A stretch of DNA of 64,000 bases from a virus. Lineage: Duplodnaviria; Caudoviricetes. Under the pieces are notes generated by a model, which saw only the letters and a program-made list of their open reading frames with translations, did no database searches and had not been told where the DNA came from. Both the position numbers and the translations under genes were made by a program. Location of the stretch: positions 64,001-128,000 of IMG/VR virus record IMGVR_UViG_3300037067_003476; one strand, given 5' to 3'. This document shows positions 51,054 through 59,354 of the stretch, in pieces; positions within the stretch are counted from its first letter, which is position 1; every line of letters starts with the position of its first letter.

Positions 51054-51930
51054 GGGCATCCTCCTTTCGACACTGATTCCACTTGTATTCATATTGTTCT
51101 CCTATTGAAACACTTTGCCTAATCCACATAAGAAACGCCTTAGCAGACTTACTACGAAGTCTTATCCTATGTGTATTTTCGCTATATATACAAGAAAATC
51201 CAAAACTCTCTAATTTAGAAATTAAGAACTCACAATCTTTTTTAGAAAAACGTTCCGTACATAATATTAAACCATATTTTAATGGCTTCCCATCCCCTAT
51301 CGCCCACCAATAATATGATAATGGCGTCAATCTAATATCATATGGTATACACCTAGTTTTATCTTTATTATACCATCTAGTATGATGATCTCTAAAAAAT
51401 TTATATGAATGAGATTTAATAAAATATTCACTATTACCACTATGCTTATCTACTCCTGTCCAAATTGGAGAAAAGTCAATCTTACTTAATGCTTTTTGTA
51501 CTTGAAGAATTGTCTCTTTAAAACATGATCCATAGCAAAATCTACCGGATAAAGACGACTGAGAAATATCTATGTGACCATCACCAAGCATCATTCCGTC
51601 AAGAATCTCTAAATCAGTATCGGATAGCTGAACATCTTTTAATCTATCAATATGGTGTTGCGAATTCCCGTCTATTATCATGTGTTTACTATGTTCTGTG
51701 TGTGTTCGTCCATAAAATGGATTATTTACACCAGAATTTGCAAAAGACATTTTTTGTTTCCACTCGTCGGTATGTTTTCTTCCTTTATTGCGCTTACCAA
51801 TATTTCGCTTGGCACAAGTTCCAGAACAAAATTTACGCAGTCGATCTCTTTTGTTGTTGGGATTTACAGAAAATACACGATTGCATTCTTGACAAATCCT
51901 TTCTTCTAATATAGAACAATTATTTATCAT
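51040..51930 (-). mobile_element. Free-standing LAGLIDADG homing endonuclease with Zn-finger and NUMOD3 motifs
   Basis: CQEC...FCSGTC, KGRKHTDEWKQKMS, NPFYGRTHT, ILDGMMLGDG and WWAIGDG; visibly more AT-rich than its flanks. Confidence 0.85.
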
Positions 51931-52985
51931 TCCTTTCTCTCCAATAACGATTCCACTTTCCATAAATGTTTGGTCGCAGCTTGTAATCCAATCCTGTTAA
52001 TCTCGTCTACTATACTTTTCTGACCCAGCACGTTAAAGATATCTACCAATCTATTAAAGTAACTATGCTGCGTAGCTGTGTGTGTAACAAGAGACTTGAT
52101 TATCCCCAATCGAACCTCTGGTCTAGAACCAATGGCCTCAACAAACTGAATAAAAGCTGTCACGTCGCTGACTACCGGTATCATATTTCCAAAATACTTG
52201 GCACCCAACGATGTATTGATAATCGGTAGTCCGCCACATATAGCCGATGCGAAAGTCCGCCCATTTAACACCGCACCCTCTTTTGCCTGATCGGTTGTGT
52301 GTAGGTTTACACAAACATTGGATCGACTATAAATGTTAGCTGGATTACCAGTAAATGGCACTACGCCATTTATGCCTATTGTATTCCATGTATTATCACC
52401 ATGGATGACAGTATTCAATCTTCCACTAATCCTCATCAACAACGGAAGAATCCACTCTCTTAGTATATCCATGCGATGAGACATGTTGGCGATTATAGAC
52501 ACCCCGTGCGTTGGAGATAAGTCTTGTGGGGTCGATATCAATGAATCTCCGGCCATTGGTAATTGCATCAGTGGAATATCCTGGTCAAACCATCTATGAA
52601 AATATTTTCCCCATACATGTGGTTCCGCAGACGTATGCACAATCTTGCGATTGATCATGCCAGCTACAGAAACGTCGTCGTATGTCGCGCATCCAAACCT
52701 GTTGTCAAGACAAAATCCGTCGTTATTAAATGGAAGCGCCTCAATAATGACGCATATGCTACGCTTATTGATTAGATCTATTGGTAGATTTCGCAAACCA
52801 CATACACATGACACAAAAATAATCGACACATCTAGTTGTTCAATAATACTAACTATATCAGCCTTGCAAACTGGTTGATATGCAAAAACTTTCCACCCAA
52901 CAGCACGAAGGGCATTGGCGTATCCACGACTAGCAACATTAGTTGTGACGTTATCGTTTAGTATGAATAGTGCAGAGTTATTCAT
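51927..52985 (-). CDS. CgeB / Glyco_trans_1_2-type glycosyltransferase
   Basis: IYSRSNVCVNLH, LNGRTF...CGG, HSYFNRL. Confidence 0.7.
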   Translation of the reverse strand: MNNSALFILNDNVTTNVASRGYANALRAVGWKVFAYQPVCKADIVSIIEQLDVSIIFVSCVCGLRNLPIDLINKRSICVIIEALPFNNDGFCLDNRFGCATYDDVSVAGMINRKIVHTSAEPHVWGKYFHRWFDQDIPLMQLPMAGDSLISTPQDLSPTHGVSIIANMSHRMDILREWILPLLMRISGRLNTVIHGDNTWNTIGINGVVPFTGNPANIYSRSNVCVNLHTTDQAKEGAVLNGRTFASAICGGLPIINTSLGAKYFGNMIPVVSDVTAFIQFVEAIGSRPEVRLGIIKSLVTHTATQHSYFNRLVDIFNVLGQKSIVDEINRIGLQAATKHLWKVESLLERKE

Positions 52986-53895
52986 CGTCCCGCCCTTCGA
53001 CATCTGTCGTAATCACGTCTTCGTCGGCATCAACGGTTTCGCTATCGAGAATGACACAATCATTTTGTCCATCTGGAAACTCGACTGTCGTTCTGAACTG
53101 TTGCAACATATCGTCAGTAGCCAATCTCGTTAGTTCGGCATATTTGCCATGTTGTTCGCGACTCTTATCATTGGTTCGAATATCGGCAACTAAATCGAAA
53201 AATGTTTTGTTCCCAGTCTTTAGTTCATCAACCCTGTCCCTTCTTGTTGCCGCAAGATTCTGGTATATCTTTTGTCTTTCTGCAACCAGCTTATCATATC
53301 GTGTATTGGCTTCGTCCAGTGCTCGATTATGGTCTCCAAGCAACTTATACTTCTCCATTCGAATGGCCTTATCTTCTTTGCTATCGCTTTCTTTTGGAGA
53401 ACTTAATTCTAGGAAACCCTTTATTTCGGAGATTGCAGTCTGTAACGCTTTCATTTTTTCAAGTTGTCGATTAATCAAAAGCCTGTGTTTCAAAAAGTCG
53501 TCAATCTGAAAATACTCACTAACAACTATATCTTCAAACTGGGTACAGATCTGTCCGTACTCCTCCATATAAGCACGTACTTCGTCTGTGTTAAACTGCT
53601 TAATTAGTGCGACATAAAGATGGCTCTTGCGAAATTGTTCTCTAAACCAATCGGCCTTATCATTATATGGTAAATTGGCAGGTGGCGTAGAAAATATGTG
53701 TCCACTAGCACTATCACAAACAGGTGCCATCCTGTTGCCAGTTTTCAGTTTTTGGCGCAATCGCCCTATGGTTACATGATGGAACTTATGGCCGATGACA
53801 GCTTCGATACGCTTGGCTATTTCAACATTGGTTATATTATTTGAGATTCCATCAAGAAAAATTTCCTTGGCCTTTGGGTTATCTAGCAATTTCAT
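52978..53895 (-). CDS. HTH plus coiled-coil protein (possible terminase small subunit)
   Basis: N-terminal HTH-like segment, long coiled coils; same operon as terL, upstream of it. Confidence 0.4.
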   Translation of the reverse strand: MKLLDNPKAKEIFLDGISNNITNVEIAKRIEAVIGHKFHHVTIGRLRQKLKTGNRMAPVCDSASGHIFSTPPANLPYNDKADWFREQFRKSHLYVALIKQFNTDEVRAYMEEYGQICTQFEDIVVSEYFQIDDFLKHRLLINRQLEKMKALQTAISEIKGFLELSSPKESDSKEDKAIRMEKYKLLGDHNRALDEANTRYDKLVAERQKIYQNLAATRRDRVDELKTGNKTFFDLVADIRTNDKSREQHGKYAELTRLATDDMLQQFRTTVEFPDGQNDCVILDSETVDADEDVITTDVEGRDDE

Positions 53896-54434
53896 TGTTG
53901 ATCCCTTTTTAACAAAATAGTGGCAATCCTTCTAATCTCTATCAAGTGATTCTTTGGAATCTGATAACCGTCAAGTAATTTGTGAAACGAATCAACCGTG
54001 TCTTCTGGTAATAATTTCTCGATTCGCTGCTTAAAGTCGTTACACTCTATCGTAGCCAATGGCTCACACCAACTTGGTGCGCAAATAAACTTAACCATTT
54101 TTGAAAGCGGTCCATCTCCCATTGGCAAAGCGTTCACTATATTGATTCTGTCTTTGATGTGCTTGTCATCGGGAAGGAATGGACTAAAGTACCTATCTCG
54201 TTTTAGATTTCTTAGTCTATTAGCGACACATCGTCGCAGAAAATGTTCTATAGATCCCTTGGATGGTTTGTAGTTCTCAAGCGCCTGTATACAAATTACC
54301 CAAACCTCTTGGGCAATATCGTCCCATTCAAAATAAGCGAACGATCCGTTCAAAGAGTTTCCATGTGCTATGTCATTTATTATCGGTGTCGCTTTTTTCA
54401 ATAGTTTTTTGCTGATCACTGGAACCATCCCCAC
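53892..54434 (-). CDS. Sigma-70 family (ECF-like) sigma factor
   Basis: DDIAQEVWVICIQALENYKPSKGSIEHFLRRCVANRLRNLKR matches sigma region 2. Confidence 0.75.
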   Translation of the reverse strand: MGMVPVISKKLLKKATPIINDIAHGNSLNGSFAYFEWDDIAQEVWVICIQALENYKPSKGSIEHFLRRCVANRLRNLKRDRYFSPFLPDDKHIKDRINIVNALPMGDGPLSKMVKFICAPSWCEPLATIECNDFKQRIEKLLPEDTVDSFHKLLDGYQIPKNHLIEIRRIATILLKRDQQ

Positions 54435-54567
54435 TAATAATGGCTAGAACCAATTTCTTCTGTTCTTTTGATGGAGGGGGTTGTACCAAATCAGATATGG
54501 CATCCGAGTTTACCTTATCAGACCCTATAACCGCTAGGCGACAATCTATTCTGATGTGCTCATTCAT
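54373..54567 (-). CDS. Small hypothetical protein
   Basis: AGGTG SD and GTGTATAA motif upstream; overlaps the sigma gene start. Confidence 0.45.
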   Translation of the reverse strand: MNEHIRIDCRLAVIGSDKVNSDAISDLVQPPPSKEQKKLVLAIISGDGSSDQQKTIEKSDTDNK

Positions 54568-54582
54568 TTTACACCTACTGAT

Positions 54583-54590
54583 TTATACAC
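54583..54590 (-). promoter_or_regulatory. GTGTATAA motif at the head of the late block
   Basis: In the divergent intergenic region. Confidence 0.55.
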
Positions 54591-54673
54591 AGTCCCATAA
54601 CCTCCACTAATATATACGCCTCAATCACTTATGTTTATCGCAAAAAACGTGTTGCCCAACGGTAAATATTAAT

Positions 54674-54964
54674 ATGCGACAAGGACTTGAAATCAGAAAA
54701 GCCTCGCTCCCATATTACAAACCATATATAATTATTGATACATCAAATAATACAATTATAGGACACTACGACACATACGATCAGGCAAAGCGTGACTTGA
54801 ATATGTTCGCTAATAACATGAAGATACCACATGAAAGCAATATAAAGAACAAGTCTAGTCCGCTTTCATCATATAAACAAAGACTAGATCTGCCCATTGG
54901 AGATAAACCTAATCCGGTGATAATTAAACCCGGCGATATAGGTAGGAGAAAAATTCAGCTATGA
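54674..54964 (+). CDS. Hypothetical protein
   Basis: First gene of the + strand block; coupled to the methylase. Confidence 0.55.
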   Translation: MRQGLEIRKASLPYYKPYIIIDTSNNTIIGHYDTYDQAKRDLNMFANNMKIPHESNIKNKSSPLSSYKQRLDLPIGDKPNPVIIKPGDIGRRKIQL

Positions 54965-55662
54965 TAGAATTAATTCGTGGGCAATTTGAAAATATAGATA
55001 TACCACGACATATAGACATGATTTTAATGGACCCACCAGATAATGTGGGTCTAGAATATGATTCATATGACGATAATTTGCCAGACGGTGAATACCAGTA
55101 CCTACTAGAGAGATGGTTGCGCAAAGCCGTGTCGCTGACGAGTGGTCCGGTGTGGATTACGTTCAATGAAAAATGGATCGGCACAATTGAGAATATTTTG
55201 TCGTCATGCAATATCAGGTTGATTCAGAGATGTTGGTGGCATTGGACATTTGGACAGGCGTGCAAAACAAGGTATACGCCATCTATCCGACCGATCTACT
55301 GGTTAAACAACAACACTATATTTTCCAGTCAGATAAGAATACCATCCGCTAGGCAGACCAAGTATAACGATAAAAGAGCAAAGTCTGGTGGTAAGCTACC
55401 AGATAATGTCTGGGAATTTTCTCGTGTATGTGGCACATTCAATGAAAGGCGCAGATGGCATGTTTGTCAGATACCAGAAGGGCTAATGGAACGAGTTATT
55501 CTGGGACATACATTGCCTGGAGCAACTATATTGGACCCGTTTATTGGATCTGGCACTACTGCTATTGTGGCCAATCGACTAGCGAGAAATTGCATTGGAA
55601 TTGATCAGTCACAAGTATATCTAGATAAGATAAGAACAGAGATAGACAAAAATGGACGATAG
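54961..55662 (+). CDS. N4/N6 DNA methyltransferase (beta class) with DPPD motif
   Basis: MDPPDN (motif IV variant), DNVWEF, ILDPFIGSGTT (motif I). Confidence 0.85.
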   Translation: MIELIRGQFENIDIPRHIDMILMDPPDNVGLEYDSYDDNLPDGEYQYLLERWLRKAVSLTSGPVWITFNEKWIGTIENILSSCNIRLIQRCWWHWTFGQACKTRYTPSIRPIYWLNNNTIFSSQIRIPSARQTKYNDKRAKSGGKLPDNVWEFSRVCGTFNERRRWHVCQIPEGLMERVILGHTLPGATILDPFIGSGTTAIVANRLARNCIGIDQSQVYLDKIRTEIDKNGR

Positions 55663-55918
55663 AACAAAAGACCTGTTGAGACGACTAGACACTCAGCAAT
55701 TAGGTGAACTGCTAGACGAAATAGCTAAGGTGGCTGTCGAAGAAACCTGCTTGGTTGATAAAGGGGATAACGTTTGTAGTGTTGGATCAAAGCTTGCAAA
55801 ACTAGGCATTAACCTTCTTGAGATAGTGGGTTGTTGTTGTAGTCTATCTGTAGTTCACCCGGAATGGAACCAACCAGTGATCTATGTAACCCCGGAGGGC
55901 ATCAATGAGTTCGAGTGA
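55652..55918 (+). CDS. Hypothetical protein
   Basis: Overlapping ORF in the operon. Confidence 0.5.
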   Translation: MDDRTKDLLRRLDTQQLGELLDEIAKVAVEETCLVDKGDNVCSVGSKLAKLGINLLEIVGCCCSLSVVHPEWNQPVIYVTPEGINEFE

Positions 55919-56087
55919 TATTAATCAAGATAGGCATCCAAATTTCCGTGACAAGAGCGGCAAGCTGTTTCTCGTCAGGTGTTTCGCGTGTGACCCCAAA
56001 AATGGTAGGGAGAATTATTGTATGGCCGTAGCCGCTGGAACATGCTCATGGTGCGGCTGGAAAGAGGAAAAGACCAATGACGATTGA
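55905..56087 (+). CDS. Small Zn-ribbon protein
   Basis: CFAC...CSWC; GGAGGG SD. Confidence 0.55.
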   Translation: MSSSDINQDRHPNFRDKSGKLFLVRCFACDPKNGRENYCMAVAAGTCSWCGWKEEKTNDD

Positions 56088-56301
56088 AATCAACCTAATG
56101 TACGTGTTGTTCTACCTATTGTTTGGTATATGTTACAATTTTATCGAGCAACAGAAATCTTTGGAAGCGATGTTCGCAACTCCATTCTGTCGCCTTGTCG
56201 TTACTCTGATCATTATTGTTGCGTGGCCAATACATGCATTGTTGTGGCTTGAGTACTGGTACTGGAAAATTTATTGGAAGAACCATGACATCCCAAAATG
56301 A
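56077..56301 (+). CDS. Small membrane protein
   Basis: Two hydrophobic segments. Confidence 0.5.
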   Translation: MTIEINLMYVLFYLLFGICYNFIEQQKSLEAMFATPFCRLVVTLIIIVAWPIHALLWLEYWYWKIYWKNHDIPK

Positions 56302-56635
56302 TGTCAAACAACGCATAGGTATGTTACTGGATATGTGGGAACGAAGTATCCAGAGCAGCAGAAGTGTGTCCATACGTAACGCAAAGCGTATTTACGGTAG
56401 TACCGACACATATGTGCAAGATAAGGGAACCATTGTAACTAATCTAGAATACGCCAAAATAATCGATACGATTAGACAACAGATACGCTGCCTAATACCG
56501 GATCATCCTATAATGAACGACATAATGAAAGACCCTGTTTTTGTTGAAAAATGGAAAATAATCGACTACATAGATTTGTACTATGACTACTACGAGACAT
56601 TAATAGTAAAGATCAGGAGATTTTGCTGTGAGTAA
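56285..56635 (+). CDS. Hypothetical protein
   Basis: ATG 56285; coupled to the RNA ligase gene. Confidence 0.5.
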   Translation: MTSQNDVKQRIGMLLDMWERSIQSSRSVSIRNAKRIYGSTDTYVQDKGTIVTNLEYAKIIDTIRQQIRCLIPDHPIMNDIMKDPVFVEKWKIIDYIDLYYDYYETLIVKIRRFCCE

Positions 56636-57638
56636 TCACTGTGTAAGCATCGTCGAGATAGATAAAATAGAACCACACCCCAATGCTGATGCGCTTGAAA
56701 TTGTAAGAATAAAGGGGTGGCAAACCTGTGTCAGGTTGGGTGATTTTAGCGTTGGCGACAAGGCAATCTGGATAGAGCCGGATTACAACGTACCGTTGAG
56801 CAATCCCTTATTCTCGTTCCTAAAAAATAAGGACAATGAAGGTAGGACATTTGAGCGGATACGTGTCCGCAAACTGCGAAAAGTCATTAGCCAGGGGCTT
56901 CTGATTAAAGTTCCAGATGAATTAAGTCGTTTTCCTGTCGGGTCGAATGTTGTAGACCTATTGGGGATAGAACGATACGAACCACCAATGCCAACATCTA
57001 GCTATGCCTCATTTGATAGCTGCCCATCAGATCTTTATGTACCAGTGTTTGATGTCGAGAACTGGCAAAACTATCCAGATGTTTTTACCAACAAAGAACC
57101 AGTAATTATTGGCGAAAAGCTACACGGATCTAGTTCTAGATACGTTTGGTCAACAGACAAAAACGGTGTCGCACGATTCTTTATGGGCAGCAGAAAGAAC
57201 TGGGTAAAAGACGATAACAAAAACTGGTGGTGCGTAACGGCAAAACAACATCCGGAAATTGAGCAATGGTGTCGACTGCATCCGGATACAATCCTGTATG
57301 GAGAAATATACGGACCAACACAGTATCTTAAATATGGAACAAAACCCGGTGAGTTCAAATTTGCTTGCTTTGCAATGCTTAATGATGGTGCATGGATAGA
57401 CTACGATGAATGTGTTAGGCTACTGATAAACAGTGGAATCGATATGGTCCCACTCATTTATAGGGGTGAGTTGAATATCGGCGATCTTGAGTCACTGTCA
57501 GAGGGAAATTCAACTCTTGCTCCTCATATACGAGAGGGTATAGTCATTATTCCAGAACACGAAAGACAGTGCGATCAGTTGCCAAATAATAGAGTGTGTT
57601 TGAAAGTCGTCTCGTCTCAATATCTGGCGAAGTCATGA
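56628..57638 (+). CDS. RNA ligase, DRB0094/Rnl2-type
   Basis: N-terminal HPNADALE domain; EKLHG (motif I), LYGEIYG, REGIVI, LKVVS. Confidence 0.9.
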   Translation: MSNHCVSIVEIDKIEPHPNADALEIVRIKGWQTCVRLGDFSVGDKAIWIEPDYNVPLSNPLFSFLKNKDNEGRTFERIRVRKLRKVISQGLLIKVPDELSRFPVGSNVVDLLGIERYEPPMPTSSYASFDSCPSDLYVPVFDVENWQNYPDVFTNKEPVIIGEKLHGSSSRYVWSTDKNGVARFFMGSRKNWVKDDNKNWWCVTAKQHPEIEQWCRLHPDTILYGEIYGPTQYLKYGTKPGEFKFACFAMLNDGAWIDYDECVRLLINSGIDMVPLIYRGELNIGDLESLSEGNSTLAPHIREGIVIIPEHERQCDQLPNNRVCLKVVSSQYLAKS

Positions 57639-58225
57639 GCATACACAGGATCAAAGTAAAAAAGGTGATCAGGAAAAAGCCGATTGCCAAACCCAATGTA
57701 AGGCGTATTAGTAACCTAGACATAATTCCTATTATCAAGTCCGCAATAAGAAATGATATATCAACAATTCTCGATATTGGTTGCGGTATGCTGTATCCGC
57801 CTTTCGATGCGCCTGGGCACGACATATTGGGGTCGTGTTTCGCACAATACCAAATAACAGGGATAGATGCCTGCCAAACCTGTATTGATTGGCGATTAAA
57901 AAACGGCCCACCAGGAAACTATTATTTGCAGGACGCAAAATGTCTGGGTTCTGATCAATGTTTTGATTTAGTCGTAGCCCATCATGTGATTGAGCATATG
58001 ACCAAAGAGGATGGGCAACAACTAATTAACAAGATAGAACAGATAGCCACCAAACAGATAATCATTGGCGCTCCGATTGGATTTTCAGACAATAGTGGTA
58101 TGGAGAAGAAAAGACAAAATCCATACGAAAAACATTTGTGTGGATGGGAACCCGAGGAATTTGATAAACTAGGATATAAGGTAACTCGAATATATAATGT
58201 GTTTTTAGCAACAAAGGATAAATGA
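57635..58225 (+). CDS. Class I SAM-dependent methyltransferase
   Basis: ILDIGCG, GIDA, FDLVVAHHVIEH, NPYEKH..GW. Confidence 0.8.
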   Translation: MSIHRIKVKKVIRKKPIAKPNVRRISNLDIIPIIKSAIRNDISTILDIGCGMLYPPFDAPGHDILGSCFAQYQITGIDACQTCIDWRLKNGPPGNYYLQDAKCLGSDQCFDLVVAHHVIEHMTKEDGQQLINKIEQIATKQIIIGAPIGFSDNSGMEKKRQNPYEKHLCGWEPEEFDKLGYKVTRIYNVFLATKDK

Positions 58226-58342
58226 TGGCGGTCCACAAAATGAGTAACGATAAGAAGCCCCACATAATTATCTGTCTAGCAAACGCGGATACATATTAAA
58301 TGAATTTATCGATAAGATAGCTAAAACATTTGGTGGATCACA

Positions 58343-58426
58343 ATGAAAATATCGTATATATCAAAGAAGTTTAATAAGAGCAGTCTTTCTGTTATAGAAC
58401 AAACCAATAGTATTGTCGAGGGATAA
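58343..58426 (+). pseudogene. 27-codon remnant resembling the N-terminus of phage TopoVI-A/Toprim-like proteins
   Basis: MKISYISKKFNKSSLSVIEQTNSIVEG-stop; resemblance is from memory only. Confidence 0.3.
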
Positions 58427-58427
58427 A

Positions 58428-58943
58428 ATGACTAGTGGACAAGAATTGTCAAATAAGATTATCGAAGTAGTCTGCGTACCAGCGGAAAATAGTGGTACTG
58501 AATGGTGGATAGGACTAAATACGCATAACGGATTCTGGGATACAAGTTGTGGATCACAAAAAATCGCAGAAACATGCGCGAACAGGGCTCGTGACGAACT
58601 AGCAACAATCATCGATAAACTTTTACCAATGAATACGTATCAGGATTTGGCCAAACAAACCGCTGTTTATCCGGACATAGGCCGCAATTTGATATACACG
58701 ATTCTGGGGCTCGTAGGAGAAAGTGGCGAACTTGCAGAAAAAATGAAAAAAGCCATTCGTGACAACGGGGGTAATGTAGACACAGAAACAATGGTTAAAG
58801 AGTTGGGGGATGTTCTATGGTACGTGGCCATGATTGCAAGCGAACTCGGACTAACCCTACAGGAAGTTGCACAAAAGAATGTCGACAAGTTACGGGACCG
58901 TCGAAAAAGAAATGTATTGCACGGATCTGGGGATAATCGTTAA
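58428..58943 (+). CDS. MazG-like NTP pyrophosphohydrolase with N-terminal extension
   Basis: LGLVGESGE, KELGDVLWY, N..KL..R, GSGDNR ending. Confidence 0.88.
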   Translation: MTSGQELSNKIIEVVCVPAENSGTEWWIGLNTHNGFWDTSCGSQKIAETCANRARDELATIIDKLLPMNTYQDLAKQTAVYPDIGRNLIYTILGLVGESGELAEKMKKAIRDNGGNVDTETMVKELGDVLWYVAMIASELGLTLQEVAQKNVDKLRDRRKRNVLHGSGDNR

Positions 58944-58973
58944 ACTGAATAATCAGTCGCGTATACTACTATT

Positions 58974-59354
58974 GTGATGTGTCCAGTCAGTGTGATGATA
59001 AGGTGTGTCTGCGTCGGGAAAAAAGCCGCCTCTTATGCCAATGTGAGGCGAGCCAAATTATGCGCCATAGCCGTTACCCTTAGCGGTAGGGTAGTGGCTG
59101 TGGCCCATAACCGCAGAACTGACGGGGACAAAAATCGTTGGACAGAACACGCAGAAGAATGCTTGATTAGAAAGATCAAAAGAACTAAAGCTATTGAGCG
59201 TTTTGGTAAACTCATTTTGTTAGTGATGAGAATCAATACTCGTGGACTAGTCATGGCCAAACCATGTGCAAGATGTCAGTCCATGATTGCTAAACTCGGC
59301 AACAATATTACTGTCTACTATACAGATAATGAAGGGAAAATAACTAGGCTATGA
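58974..59354 (+). CDS. Cytidine/deoxycytidylate deaminase-fold protein
   Basis: HAE and PCxxC zinc motifs; true start may be downstream. Confidence 0.8.
   Translation: MMCPVSVMIRCVCVGKKAASYANVRRAKLCAIAVTLSGRVVAVAHNRRTDGDKNRWTEHAEECLIRKIKRTKAIERFGKLILLVMRINTRGLVMAKPCARCQSMIAKLGNNITVYYTDNEGKITRL

Noticed and set aside
51040-51963. Group I intron housing the LAGLIDADG ORF
   Set aside because: The ORF overlaps both neighbours, leaving no room for a ribozyme core, and all gmd coding sequence lies downstream of it
58955-58970. GCGTATAC (and GAGTATAC near 61826) as + strand versions of the late promoter
   Set aside because: Only partial matches in two places; too weak to call
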